A stretch of 63,999 nt of DNA, the filler included, from Fonticula-like sp. SCN 57-25 (taxonomy: Eukaryota), in NCBI GenBank assembly GCA_001724245.1. It is 4 parts of 4 records of this genome, joined end to end, with 100 filler letters (N's around TTAATTAATTAA, not from the genome) between each part and the next. Parts side by side here need not be neighbours in the genome. Positions count along the whole stretch, not along the records: positions 1 to 22,082 come from MEDX01000154.1; positions 22,183 to 36,852 come from MEDX01000155.1; 2 more parts are not named here. One strand, written 5' to 3'. The translations under genes and the position numbers were made by a program. Below the pieces are notes generated by a model. That model saw nothing but the letters and a program-made list of their open reading frames with translations. It searched no databases and had not been told where the DNA came from. Below are positions 12,354 through 26,860 of the stretch, one piece after another. Each line of letters starts with the position of its first letter. Within the stretch, counting starts at the first letter, position 1.

Positions 12354-13884
12354 TTAAAGTCGACTCCTCAACGCGATTTTCCTGTGCTTTTCAATGAACG
12401 CAATGACAGCGTCGCTCGCCGCCTCTGTCCTGACCGACGGAATGTAATGGAACGCGTGGTGCGCCCCCTTAAGCGCCACGTGAATATCCGTGTCGACCGG
12501 CTGCCCGCACGCGCGCCTCAGCCGTCCCAGCAGCTCAAAGAACGCGTGCGTCTGCTCTGGCGGCACAAGGTTGTCACAGGTGCCTGAAATGGACAGGATT
12601 GGTGGAATTGTAGCGGTCGTCGGCGCCGCCTCGTCGCGCACCGCCGCCCGTTCCGCCGAGCCGAGGTGGACCGTCAGCACTTCCTTTGGCGAGTAGAGCG
12701 ACGCGTCGATCCAGCCATACATCCGGTCCATCCACCTGCGACTGTAAGTATACAAAACTAATACAAAGAAGATGCGCACCGGCGGCGGACGACGACGCGC
12801 GAGATGAAGCGCTTGAAGAGGCCACCGTCGCGCGCGGAAAAGTGGCCGTCGGCGTCGAACAGGTCGTGGACGCCGCAAAAGTCCACGCAGGCAATGACGG
12901 ACGTGTCGGCATTGGTAGAAAAGGACGGCGGCGCCCACGTGTGATACTATTCATGGTAAGTACACAATGTGGAGCAAAGATTGCATGTACACAATGAACA
13001 AAAGAACACAAGCAGAATAGGGGCACAATGCATCCCATATTCAGATACGAGACATCTTTGCCCAGTTTAGCCCCCGAGCGTACGGTGGGGTCGTTCTGCG
13101 TGAGCGCCGTGAGCACAGCGAGATGTCCGCCTGCTGATTCGCCGCCCACGACCATGATGTTTGGGTTTCCGCCAAATGTCTTTCCGTGGACGCGCTTGAT
13201 CATGTGGATGGCGTACTTTACGTCGGCCACCTGCTTGACGAGCGCGTTGCGCGGTGCGAGGCCGTAGTTGATTGACACGACAACCCACCCCGCCTCGGCC
13301 ACGCGGTGCAGAAGCGGGAGCGCGGCAAACTTTTTGTCGCCGCCGATCCACCCGCCGCCGTGGATGTAGACAAAGTACGGCGCGTCATCGGCGACATTCG
13401 GCAGCGAGTACACGTCCATCTCGGCGAGGCGGCGACGCTTTGGCGGAATTGACGAGATAAAAATGGGAATGTTGCGGCGAACGCGCACGCGCGATCCCAT
13501 CCGGCGCATGAGGAGAGGAAGGGCAAGCGGCGAGAGGGCCAGCGGGATCCCGGCCTTGGCAAAGGCAGCCACGAAATGACGGCGGGATCGAATGTTGCGG
13601 TACAGCAAAACGGCGTGAAGAAGAGTCAGGAACGCGTGGAGAGCCGTGGCCGATCGGCCGATCACAGAGCCGAGAACGCTGTTGGGATCATCGCGGCGGC
13701 GGTAGATGCGCACCAGCACAAGGGTATCAAACAAGAGGAGGAAGTGACTCAGCTCGCTCGGCACCATGTACAGCAAAAAGGCACCCATGCCCAACAGATG
13801 CTTGGTGCGGAAGAGTGCACCAAGCGTCACATGCGCCAGCGCAAGCTGCGACGCCAAGTACGCTGACGCCACAACCCGCCCCAT
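12354..13884 (-). CDS. Alpha/beta hydrolase (HSL/lipase-esterase family) with N-terminal TM segments, multi-exon
   Basis: Oxyanion motif YIHGGGW, nucleophile GESAGG, acid GTCDNLVP, His GAHHAF. Confidence 0.88.
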
Positions 13885-13971
13885 CCCGGCGGTCTCTGTT
13901 TGGGTGACACACCGCGCTCACGCAAACACGTGATATTTGCACCGTCATCGTTTCGTTCGGCGGCGGGAAGC

Positions 13972-14650
13972 ATGACGTCCCAAGGTGGCGAGGGTGAGCC
14001 GGCGGGCGACGTCGGACTGACACCGCTCGAGCAGAGGCGGAAGGTTATTCAGGACGATGTGCGGCGCATGCTCCTGCTCGGTTCCCAGGACGCGTCTCGT
14101 CCAGAGACACGCGAGGTCCGCAACTTTCAGCAGCTCGTCGGCTACACGTTCCTCATCGGCACGATCCTCGGCGGCATGGTACGAAGGCCATTCCCTATTC
14201 TCTAGTGTTCTTTGTTTCACTGTTCAAATGCTTTTTTTAGTACTAATCCTCTTGCTGAATTAGCGCGCAATTGGTCGCGAGAGCGCCGCCGGCCGCGTCG
14301 AAGGCGCAGGATCCGCCGATCAGCTTCGGACGCATCAGACGCGCGCCGCCCGCATGGTCCGCGGGTTTGTAATGGACGGCATTCTTTTGGGCGCACGCGC
14401 GAGCATCATGACGGGCGCGCTTGTCGGGTCGTCCATCTGCGTCGGCCTTTTGTCCGAGGGGATCCCGGACGCGGTCAACTACGCTGCGGGCGGTGCCCTC
14501 ACGGGAGCTGCGTACTCTCTCGGCGGGAGGCTTGGGTTAAGGACGGGAGCCGCACTCATTGCAGCGAGCGCAGTGGGAGGCGCAGTTATGGGCGCAACGC
14601 TGGACTGGGAGGCATATATGAAAAGCGAAGAGGAAAAGTCTCAATCGTAA
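13972..14650 (+). CDS. Small Gly-rich multi-TM protein, possibly Tim17/Tim22-family
   Basis: Several GxxxG-rich hydrophobic helices (NYAAGGALTGAAYSL). One intron ~14178-14263. Confidence 0.5.
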
Positions 14651-14778
14651 TGTACAGTAGATAATAAACATGTGTACAGGCAGTGCGCATTGCTAGAGAT
14701 ATGTTTAGACGTAAAAAAGAACAGTGGAGGAGATACACACAAATGTGTCGTTCTCTAAAAGGACAAAAAAAAAATATT

Positions 14779-14903
14779 GCCTGCAGCATCGAGTATTCCG
14801 GCGTGGTCACCCTCCGCTGTACTGACTCGACCAGCACGCGCTTGATTTTCGTGAGCGAGACGGAGACGGGTACGAATACGTTCACGTGTGTATGGCCGCA
14901 GAC
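14779..14903 (-). rRNA. 5S rRNA gene, 125-nt variant with 6-nt tandem duplication
   Basis: Minus strand GTCTGCGGCCATAC...AATCAAGC...GTCAGTAC..GGAGGGTGACCACGCCGGAATAC..GATGCTGCAGGC. 5' and 3' ends pair as the 9-bp helix I. Oligo-T Pol III terminator follows. Confidence 0.85.
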
Positions 14904-15244
14904 ATACACAAGTGTGTTGAATCTACCTTTATACATTAGCATCTGAAACGATTGATCCAATTGAGGTTCAAAGCTGGCACAGAAAAAGAACCCAATGCTT
15001 CACTCATGCCCACCTAAACTGTGTGTTTGATGAATAGTATCCCAACAGAGTTTCTCTCAAGCGACGAAAAAGTTACAGTACATAAGCGGTATCATTGCTA
15101 AGAGATGGATAAATTGACGACGACCCGTGTTGATGGTCAAGTTCCGACCACATTCAAATATTATGGTCGGTGCAGCAAGTCTCATTGCTGGCTTGTCCTC
15201 AGGTACTTAAAACAGTGTACGCTAAAAAAGGAACAAAAAAATTT

Positions 15245-15341
15245 GCCTGCAGCATCGAGTATTCCGGCGTGGTCACCCTCCGCTGTACTGACTCGACCAG
15301 CACGCGCTTGATTTTCGTGAGCGAGACGGGTACGAATACGT
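15245..15341 (-). pseudogene. 5'-truncated 5S rRNA copy
   Basis: Identical to the 14779-14903 copy over ~97 nt apart from lacking the 6-nt duplication. Lacks the first ~22 nt. Oligo-T follows. Confidence 0.8.
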
Positions 15342-15571
15342 CTACTTTTAAACATGTCGCATGAAATGTGATGAAAGCAAAAAAACAGACACTGCGATAG
15401 TTTGGATACAATGCCATGTGAACAATAATGAATAGGATAAGTATGAACGGCCGGGCGATTGCGTGTATTATCAGCAAATGGACAAAAATAATACAAAGGT
15501 ATAGTTTATGTATAGTTTGCAATTTTCGGTTCCTCCTCCTCTCCACCTCCTTGTCAGTCTCACACTCCTTT

Positions 15572-16490
15572 TTAGAGCCTATCAGTGCACAAGAGCGTGT
15601 CAGTAATCCAAAAATAACCGCGACGCAAACGCACGTGTCGATGAGCGAGTCGCGCATGTCGTTGATGACGGCGGTGGGCTGCGCTCCCTGCAGCTTAAAG
15701 ATGGATTCGATGACGGACATTTCGGTGGCGGTCGTGTCGAGACCGGCGAACGCGCACCAGTCGTTGACCAAGAGGCCGCCGCCAATCACGTCAGAACCGC
15801 GGTTCACGGTACCGGCCTGCATCGTCATAGGTCAGTCACACAGTCGGCTTTATGTTAAAGGGGGATCCGCACCATGAGGGGCACTTGTAGGAGGGACGAG
15901 AGCTCGTCCTGGTCCTGCACGGACGTCCTCGGGTGAACGAGGCCTCCCTGGTTGCTGAGCGCGCAGTAGGCGCCGACGAGCACCTCGCCGGCAATGGTCT
16001 GCCTAAACACCTCGACCTTGAGCGTGTCAGCGATGATCTCCTCCGTCTCGCGGTCGATGTCGGGGTGCACGAGCGCGACATAGTCGTTGCACGCAATCAC
16101 GTTGCCGAGCGCAGAAAGGCGCTCCTCAACGCGCGTGATGGCGACAGAGTCGGGGAGCGAGTTGCGGAGATGCTGCATCTCCTGATCGGTCGTCGTGCTC
16201 GGGAGAAGGAGACCATGGCGGTTGCCAACCACAAGGCGGCCAATGATGCGCGTGCCGGCAATGCTCGTGTGAACAATAGGGACAGTGTCGCCAAGCTCAG
16301 CTTCAAAAACACTGTAAAAGTTCTCAGAGCCACCGACGCCAACGAGGCAGTACGAGTTGGTCAGGCGCGCAAACACACCAACCTCATTGCTATTCTCAAA
16401 CTGACAGCCTGCGAGCAACAATTAGAAACGCCAAAGAGAGAAATGAGGCAGTGAGGCCAACAATGAGCAATGGGACGTACGGACAGCCAT
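15572..16490 (-). CDS. EIF6: Eukaryotic translation initiation factor 6
   Basis: [26 protein letters not shown]...[20 protein letters not shown]. Micro first and last coding exons inferred from GT-AG sites. Confidence 0.96.
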
Positions 16491-17220
16491 GGCGGATTCG
16501 GGGTACAAGCTACCGGCAACTGTGCTGATCGGCGTCTCGGGGAGGGTGGGGGCCGCGTGGAACGACCAATGACAAATCAAATATAGAAACTCGAATGAAA
16601 ACTAGCCCGTTGATTTCTCCAGGAATCGACGTGTATTTATTGTAGAATATTCTAGTTCGATCGATGGCACAAAATTGCGTAACAACCGCGTTTATTAGGC
16701 TTGTAATTGGTATGGCGAGCGAAAAAGGAACGAGAAAAGTATTTCGACATATTGTACGCCTTGACTTTTCAATTGCGAGACATATTTGTACATGCCATAT
16801 TCATGTAGAGACGCCAAAAGTACAAGAAAAAAGCCGGAAAGTATATGAAAAAGCAGCGATCGGTCACTTGCGCGGACTCTCGTGCGGTCTCTTTCGCGCC
16901 TGCATTCGCAACTTATCCCTTCTTCTCCTTTTCATCTGCTATACGTTTTTTTCCGTTATTATTTGGGCCCACAAAGTGCCCCGCGAGTGCCCCCGCCACG
17001 AGACAGACAGTCAGCACAAGTCTCTGTCAGCAAATCAGCGCCTTGTTTCTAAATTGCCATATTGCGCCATCATAACCACATGGCCGCACACGTGCGGTAA
17101 TGTTTGCACATTCGTGGTTTGCTCGGCTTTATTACCCGACGAGCGCGGGTCAACCCTCGGCTCGGAAGCGTCTCCGTCGATCGGCCGCCGTTCTCTCTCA
17201 CGCTCACGCATAGCCGTTTA

Positions 17221-18837
<1,617 letters not shown>

Positions 18838-19269
18838 GCGGGAAGAATGTTCATTTTGTCACCAATTCTCTTTTGCTACCATTATTATGCTTAATGTAAT
18901 AGATGTTTAGACCATTACTGGACCATGAAATAAAGATATACACAGTACATCACAGGTCATATACGGCAGTGCATACAAATGGTCCAATGAAGGCACGATA
19001 GCATGCACAGTTTTGGAACGACATTGTGGAATGTGGATGATCTTTCAATGGTGGTGCACGTACATCGAAATTGAATGATAGTAAAACATGCGCGTAAACA
19101 ACGAGGGTATTTTCCTATACGTTTATACGCAGTATCATGCCATACTATAGCAGTTTTTACATAAATATGCTCCGTTTCATCGGTATGCGGAATGATGATT
19201 GGTAGCGCAACAGTTGCGCCACTTTCTGTTGTTGTTTTCCCCTGACCCAACGGCAACGATCTGGCAACC

Positions 19270-19820
19270 ATGGCCGAATACGCGAACCAGCTTCTTGAGC
19301 CCGCGAGCTACTTGCTCAAGTCCACGAACGAGTCGGTTTTGTGGGAGTGCGGCAAGCTTGCGCTCTATGGCGGCGGCGTGGGCCTCGCCCTCTTCCTCAC
19401 CTCGGGGCTCATCGTTGGCTCGTACGCATTCTATTACCCCTGCCGTTCGTTGCTGATCCCGACGATACCCGCAGTCTCTTTGGCGTGTCGCGCGAGTTCC
19501 GCTCGAACCCCATCTACCGCCCGATGAACCACCCTCTCATGGGCTTTTACACTCCCTTTGTGTCGCCCTTTGTGAAGGCCTTCCTCATCGCGTACGTCAC
19601 GAGCGTCCTGTCCATCTCGGCGCCGGGCGTGCGCGACAAGACGATCGAGGGCGCCATTGTCGGCATCGGGTTTTGGCTCGTGTCGGCGCTGCCGGGCGTC
19701 ATGCTCGACTTTAGCGCGTTCAAGATGTCGTTCTGGACGGCCGTCAGCTGGTGGACGACCAGCCTCCTCAACGACATTTGCACCACAAGCGTCATCTACT
19801 ACGTCCGCTCAACCATGTGA
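19270..19820 (+). CDS. Small multi-pass membrane protein of unknown family
   Basis: Two ORF pieces joined by a GTACGC...CGCAG intron (~19422-19474). About 4 hydrophobic helices. Codon bias like neighbouring genes. Confidence 0.65.
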
Positions 19821-20028
19821 GCACGTACTTTTATATTTATATCGGCGCAGTTCCAAAATACTCTAGTATTACTGCGCAGTACCGCAAAAAAGCACTTTTG
19901 CTTCATATTTGCCGTTCGTCATATTCAGTTGTAGTGTAGTGTGTTCAATATATTATATGGTTCTCTTTATATTCAGCGTGGCGACCNAGCGCAGACAATG
20001 CAAAAAAGGCAATAAAACAAAGAAAGGT

Positions 20029-21073
20029 TCAGTGCTTACGCGAGCGCGAGCGGGATCTCGAGCGCGACCGCGAGCGATCCGAGTCGGATCCCGAGTCCGA
20101 GTCGGACGATGATGCCGTCGAGTCCGAGTCAGAGTCAGAGTCCGACGAGGAAGAGGAAGAGGAAGAGGAAGAGCGGCTCCTCTTCCTGCGTGACTCTTGC
20201 TTTTGCCTCTTTGAAGCGGAAGAGTCGTCCTTGGATGACGTTGACGAGGCGCGCTTGCCATCGGCATCGGCATCGTCATCGGGGTTGGCGGCGGTGGCCA
20301 CCATCTTGGCGGGATCGCGGATGCCGAGGGCCTTGGCAAAGCGCTCGACATCCTTTTGTTTGGCGGCGGCAAGCTGGTGCGTCTGGTGAGGCTGGATGCT
20401 GTAGGGAAATGGTCAGCAGAATGAACAAGAGAAGGTCAGAAGGCGAAAGCATGAATAACACGCAAAAATAATTAAAAACATGAACAAAACACACTTATAA
20501 AACCGCATGAAAGACACAAAAAACAATGAATAAACCCACGGCAAGCACACGGAAAACATGTGCTATGCGCAACAACACAAACAGGATCACATGTGAATCA
20601 GATTCCCACTCCCGCAGGCATCTCTGCCGCCCCTCCCCATACATTCCAACACTCTTCTTCTAATAGTCAATAACAATGACGTACGTTCTCGAGTCCTTGC
20701 TGTCCTGTGCGCCGTCGCCCTTTTGCAGCTCCTCGCGGCGAGCGGCCACGCGCTCGGCGATCTCCTTCTCGGGCACCTCGTCGTCCTCCAGCTGCGCGCG
20801 CAGCTCCATGAGCTTCACCTCAATGGCGCGCTTGCGCTCATGAGCGAGGATCTCGGCGTTCGCCTCGCGGGCCTCATACTTTAGCTCCCGCTCCATCTGC
20901 CAACGCAGCGCGAGATTGTCAGCACTTTGATCCTCATGGCCAAGATAAAGACGTACATCCTGGAGAGGCGTCGCTTGCTTCTGCGGGTGCTTGCGCACGT
21001 GGCCGAGGTTGCGCTGGACATAGCCGTTCGTGCCGGACCCGCGCGGCGTGCTCAGACCGATTCCGTTATACAT
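20029..21073 (-). CDS. CWC21: Spliceosomal CWC21/SRRM2-like protein with RS tail
   Basis: MYNGIGLSTPRGSGTNGYVQRNL, cwf21 motif HERKRAIEVKL, final exon SRSRSRSRSRSRKH. Confidence 0.92.
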
Positions 21074-21365
21074 GATCGCGCGCTGCTTTGGTTGACGGGG
21101 ATGTCGTCGGGCGGCGAAGCGTCGAATGGCAAAAGTTGGGCACGAATCTGGGGTGAAATCCAGGGTTAAAATCTGGGGTGATTGTTTGGAAGGCAGCATA
21201 AAAGAGACCTGTTTGGCATATAGCTCAATGATAAACATACTAGACATAAGGGCTTCTGTAGTTCAGTGCAGGGAAAATAAAAGTAAAAAAGATATATTAA
21301 TAAACTGCGCCATCTACTCGGCGATCACGACATCTATAGTACGTTATTTCTTCTATCCATAGTCC

Positions 21366-22082
21366 TTACATGAGCCCCTCGAGATCGCTCATGATATCGC
21401 CCGCGGTCGCCGGCTTCGCGTCCGTCTCCGCGACCGATGCCGAAAACCCGTCGAGACCGAGGAGATCATCCATGCCGCTGACCGCCGTCGTGGCGGCCTG
21501 CGTCGCCTCAGCGGCCGGCTGCGCCTGGGCGCCATCCGTGAACCCAAAGATGTCGTCCATGTTGCCGCCGGCGGGCGCCGACGCGTCGCCAAGGTGCAGC
21601 GACTCGACCGCGGGCTCGGGCGCCGCAATCGGCTCAACATCATCAATGTTGCCAAGAAGAAGGTCAGTGGCGGCCTCGGCGGGGAGAACAGTCATCGGGC
21701 CGTCGGCGGGGACATTGGCGACGCTCGTGTCGAGCATCGACGCATCAAAGACAGAGTTGTCAAGCTCGTCGGCGACGGCGTCGGCGAGCTCGTCAGCGGC
21801 CTTGGCGGCGGCGGCGGCTTCCTGCTCAAGGTGCTTGGCTTCGGCGGCAGAGGCCTCAAGGGCGAGGCGCTTCGTCTGGGCCTCGGCGGCGGCGACCTCG
21901 GCCTCGGCCTTCTTGGCGGCAGCGGCGACTTCCTCAAGGCGGGTCGACTCGTCATCAGCAGCAGACTCTTCCTCGGCCTTCTTCGCCTCGGCGGCGGCAG
22001 CGGCAGCGGCAGCAGCAGCCTCCTCCTCAGCCTTCTTGGCCTCAGCGGCGGCAGCAGCAGCAGCCTCCTCCTCAGCCTTCTT
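21366..22082 (-). CDS. 3' part of an Ala/Glu/Lys-rich coiled-coil protein with acidic D[DI]LxG motifs (5'-truncated by gap)
   Basis: Open frame from gap edge (KKAEEEAAAAA repeats) to stop at 21366. Confidence 0.65.
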   Translation of the reverse strand, partial: KKAEEEAAAAAAAEAKKAEEEAAAAAAAAAAEAKKAEEESAADDESTRLEEVAAAAKKAEAEVAAAEAQTKRLALEASAAEAKHLEQEAAAAAKAADELADAVADELDNSVFDASMLDTSVANVPADGPMTVLPAEAATDLLLGNIDDVEPIAAPEPAVESLHLGDASAPAGGNMDDIFGFTDGAQAQPAAEATQAATTAVSGMDDLLGLDGFSASVAETDAKPATAGDIMSDLEGLM

Positions 22083-22182
22083 NNNNNNNNNNNNNNNNNN
22101 NNNNNNNNNNNNNNNNNNNNNNNNNNTTAATTAATTAANNNNNNNNNNNNNNNNNNNNNNNNNNNNNNNNNNNNNNNNNNNN
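22083..22182. other. Artificial contig linker N44-TTAATTAATTAA-N44
   Basis: Six-frame stop linker flanked by N runs, identical at three sites. Confidence 0.97.
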
Positions 22183-23453
22183 GTAAGCTTGCGCTGCCCG
22201 GCCAGCAGGTTATCTTTTCGCTCAACGAGGCCATGATGGCAGAGGGTGCGTTATTGCTTGCAGAAATTGCGCGATGCTGATTGGTGCTTGTGCTAGACCC
22301 GCATCTGGCGTCGGCGCTGTACAGCGCTGTCCACACGGCGACCGTCTCTGAGGTGGCATTTGACGGCACGGTATGCTTTTATTATCTATTGTGTATTGGT
22401 TCTGACGCCGCCGCAGGTCCAGCAGCTGCTGCACACCTTCCTCGACTCGGAGCACCTGCAGCGCATCCTCGTGCGCCGTCGCGGCCAGGGTGCGTCTTTT
22501 ACGTTTTCTTTTGCAGTTTGCTGACACGGTTTGCGTCTCTGTAAAGGCCGCCCTGATGGCTCGAATATTCGCCACCTGCCCGTGTTCCTTTTCTCCGTGG
22601 ACATGCAGCACCCTCTGCTTATCGACGAGGGTCTGCAGGCCGTGACGCTCCCGAACCTTGTCGTGGGCGTGCAGTCGACCTTTACTTCGTGGCCGAGCCA
22701 CCTTGAATGCAACGGCAAGATGCAGCGCGTCAATCTGCGCGACCCGACGTCGGCGCTCGTCCTTGCCGTCGCGCAGCACCTCGGAGGCCTTTTGCCCGTG
22801 AACATGGGCGACTGCCACGGCCCGACATCCGGGGCCGACTGGCTGTGGGCGGTCGGCGACAGCGCGCGCAACCCGCTCTCGACGATGCCGTTCATGACCG
22901 GCTTTGATGTTGACATTGCGCAGCGCCACTGGACGGCCCGCTGGACGGACGCGTTGGTCGCACGCCTGAACGTGGCCGTCGCCGAGCTCGAGGGAATCAG
23001 GGCGACGCGTGTGGGCCTCGAAGACGACCTTCGCAGCACGATGGACACGGCGCGGCAGTCGTACGTCGCGTCGCTAAAGCTGCTCCAAAATATCTGCGAC
23101 ATTGGCGGGCGCATCGACCGCGACCCCCAACCCACGGTTCGTCTTATCACGCACAAATTTTTACGACTTTTTACTGACTTTTCCCTTTCCAGCTCGCGAC
23201 GCTTTCAAAGAGGGTGGAAGAGTTTGAGAGGGATGCCCACGCCGTGCGCGAGCGCGTGATGGCAGGCAAGTGTGACGAGAGGGCCGGGCCGAGCCGCGTG
23301 CCGTGGGACGACTTCGTAGAGGAGGATGAGGACGATGAGATCCTCGAGACGTGGCTCGCGTACCAGCTGCTCCTCGCAGTCGCGGCCGTCTTGATCGTGC
23401 TGGGGTGGTACGTCTGCAAGGGCCGCGGGCCGCAGAAAGTAAAGATCAATTAA
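22183..23453 (+). CDS. 3' part of an unknown protein with a C-terminal TM helix and basic tail (5'-truncated)
   Basis: Multi-exon open frames. Ends LLLAVAAVLIVLGWYVCKGRGPQKVKIN. Confidence 0.6.
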
Positions 23454-23776
23454 AGAGTCTTTTTGGAACGTGTACAGTATTGGTAAATGTTTTCGCAAAT
23501 ATATAATGCATATGTGAAGCGCCAAAGAGCGTAAAGGCCAGCAAAATTTCTATTGTGCAACCAGCAGGGAGCATATCACATGAACGTAGCCGTATTAAAC
23601 ACGTGTTGTAAGGGAATCAGAAAAACAAAGAGGAGGAAGACAACGTAGTAACGAAAAAGAAACAACAACGAAAAGGAAAGGAGAAACAAGAGCCGCGGTC
23701 CGCCGAGCACGAAAGACGCGACTTTGACGTAGCGTTGGCACAAGCGGGGCCGCGCGCCGCTATCTGTTCTGCATTC

Positions 23777-25090
23777 TTACCAGTCGCTAAAGTCACTCGC
23801 GAACGGATCCACCTCGTTCTCCTTGGGGAGCAGGGAATAGTCCTCGTCGTAGGCCTGGAAGTTGGACGTGTCCGATTCGTTCTTGACAACAGGGAGGAAC
23901 GGCGGCGGTACCTCGAGCTGCACGAACAGAATTAGTTAGGCAACCAAAAGCAAAAGCAGCCGAGCACGCACCCTTGCGAGCTTGTCCCAGTTGATGTCAG
24001 AGAACCACGCGTGGTTCTTGATGTCCTCGGCGCCGCCCTTCAAGTTACCGTACCGCTTGGTGAGGTCCGCCTGGAGAAGGTTCTTGATGAGGTCCTGCGC
24101 GTGCGGCGTGATCACGGGGTGGTACTTGACCCGGCAGGCAATGATCTTTTCATAGATTTCATACGGGTCGTCGTCGTAGAATGGCGGGTACCCAACAAGC
24201 ATCTCGTATATTAGGATACCGAGCGCCCACCAGTCAACGGCCATGCCATAACTGTGTCGCGAAAAGTTAGACGATGCGGTGCACGGGATCATGGCGCGCA
24301 CCCTTTGCTCAAAATGATCTCGGGAGCGAGGTACTCGGGGGTGCCGCACACCGTCCATGTGCGGTCCACTACGCGCTTGGCAAACCCAAAGTCGGTAATC
24401 TGCGATCATCGGTCAGTCGCATGGTCATGCGATGTGGAATGTGCGCACTTTAATATGGCCCTCCTGCGAAATAAGAATGTTTTCGGGCTTGAGGTCGCGG
24501 TACACAATGTGGAAGCTGTGCAGGTACTCCCACGCCAAAGTGACCTGCGCGGCGTAGTAGCAGGCCACGCTGTTCGAAAAACTATGACCGCCAGAATGTC
24601 AGCCGCCATCGGCACGATGCGCCCATGCGTACCGGTTGGCCTTGCGCAAATGGTAAAACATCTCACCGCCTGTAACATACTCCATCGCCAGGTACAGGTT
24701 CTTTACGTCCTGAAAACTTGTAAGAAGGTTTACAATGAAAGGGCTGTCGATTTTTTCCAAAATCTGCTTCTCGTATTTGGTGTGCTCAACCTGCTTCATC
24801 CGCTTGACCTTTTCCTTGCGCAATACCTTGATGGCATAGTATTTCTGAAAAAACCGGCGGTGAGTCGCACAAAAAACCGACGCCTTTGACATACCTGCGT
24901 GTCCTTGTGCAGCACCAGCACGACGCGGCCAAAGGAGCCGGTACCTAGCGTCTTCTTGATGTCAAAAGAGGCGATGTCCTTGACATTGTGCAAGGGATGG
25001 TTCACTGGCGCGCGCTTTAGCAGGGAAAATAGCAGAACAATGAAACGAACCCTTTGACTGAGCAGCACTTTTAGACGACTCCTGACCCAT
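23777..25090 (-). CDS. PRKAC: cAMP-dependent protein kinase catalytic subunit
   Basis: Myristoylation-type start [51 protein letters not shown]-terminal FSDW. Multiple introns. Confidence 0.94.
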
Positions 25091-25518
25091 TATGAAAATG
25101 CGCGAGTTGCCGAGCGAGCAACGATTCAACGGAGCTCGATCAGAAACAAAACAAAACCTGCGGCAAGAAAGTGGGAAAGGCGACCGGAAGGGAGCGCAAT
25201 TATCTTACCCTCCTCTCGCGAGCTTTCCTCCTTTCTCCAGTCACCGAGGCAACCAAGATCGAGAAGGCCGCGCGATCGCCAAATACCTCCGCTTGCAGCT
25301 GGCGAGGCACGACCGGAAACAACTGGACCAAGAAAGGCGCCCAAAAGTCCGCGAAGCTCATTGGACGGATCTTACAAGGCACCCCTGATTGGTCAAATAC
25401 AGCCAATCAGCAGAGTTGCACCCTGGGTGAGATTGGACGGTCCATCTGTAGTAAAAGCCACGGGCATCTTTGATAGTGTAAAAATCCAAAATCATCCAAG
25501 TGGCACACCCAGGTCACG

Positions 25519-26747
25519 ATGCGCGATGTCCAGCCGCTCGTGGAGGAGCTCGCCACCAAGATGAGGCGGAGGTGCGCTCCCGTGCGATTGCCATTTTCTC
25601 GGCTAATATGTTATCGAAACTATCAAGGCAAATCGTGGGCGCGTTCCCCATCGCCATGCAGACAGCGCAGCTGCTGCGCACAGTGGTTTCGCAAGGGCAG
25701 TGGTCGACCCTCGATCAGCTGCTCGCTCTCATAAAGAACGCGGGGCGCCAGCTGGTTCAGGCGCAGCCGCTCGAGCTGTCCGCGGGGAATATTACTCGTC
25801 GCGTGCTTCATCTTGTCCGCGACGAGTTTCCCGAGGTTGCTGAGACGTCGTTTCAGCTCCAGCGCAGCATGTACAACTTGCTCGAGAGCGCGCCCGCGCC
25901 CGCCAGCAATGCCACGGATACCGCCAATGTTAAGAGCATCCTTGCCGAGGGGATACGCGAGCTGATCGATGAGCTCGAGTCGCACTACATCAATGTGGCC
26001 GCGCTCGCGCTGGAGCACATCCATTCAGAGTACGCCGCCGAATCCTTTTGCCCGCCTTTTCTGACGCATCGTGTGCAGCGAGATCCTCATGACGCACGGA
26101 TCGTCGCGCACGCTGGAAGAGTTTTTCAAGGCTGCTGGACGCAAGCGTAAATTCCATGTAATTGTCGCCGAAACTGCCCCATCGTACGCGCCATCACCCG
26201 CTCATCCCCGAACGCCGCTCACCACTTGAATATAGATACCAGGGCCAGGAGATGGCAGTGCGGCTGGCGCAGGCCGGCATTGAGACGACGGTCATCCCAG
26301 ACTCGGCGATCTTTGCGATGATGTCGCGCGTGAACAAGGTTGTGATCAACACGCACGCTGTGATGGCGAACGGCGGTCTGCTCGCGAGGAGCGGGTCGCA
26401 TGTTCTCGTTGCCGCCGCCAAGCAGCACTCGACGCCGGTCGTCGTGCTCACCGGCATCTACAAGCTCTCGCCCGAGTACGCCTACGACCAGGATACGCAC
26501 AACACGCTCCTCGCCCCCAACGGCGTGCTTCCCTACGACGACGGTTCGTGCCCTTGTACTGGCGCTTACCTTTGACTAATGCTTTGGCGCAGCTCTTCTT
26601 TCCAAGGCCGATATCCAGGATCCTCTTTTTGACTATGTGCCGCCACACTTTGTGGATCTGTTTTTGACAAACCTGGGCGGCCACGCGCCGTCCTACATCT
26701 ACCGCCTCCTAAGCGAGCATTACGACCCCGAGGACACGGAGCTCTGA
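25519..26747 (+). CDS. EIF2B2: Translation initiation factor eIF2B subunit beta
   Basis: [54 protein letters not shown]. Confidence 0.93.
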
Positions 26748-26860
26748 TACCGCGGTTAAATTAAGAGTGGGGAGTGTATTGCTCAAAAACTAAAGTAGTG
26801 ATAATAAAATAACAGCTGATAAATGGCAAAAATTACCGTCGGGTAACGGCAGAAGCGCTC

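Noticed and set aside
14586-15496. Duplicated peptides in several short ORFs (e.g. [21 protein letters not shown])
   Set aside because: Translations of the two 5S rRNA copies, not protein or CRISPR repeats.
20399-20684. Long AT-rich CWC21 intron as an ncRNA host
   Set aside because: No box motifs or convincing structure seen.
22083-22182. Palindromic TTAATTAATTAA within N runs, occurring three times
   Set aside because: Assembly linker with six-frame stops, not biological. It also means the H3 to RNF213-like adjacency is not evidence.
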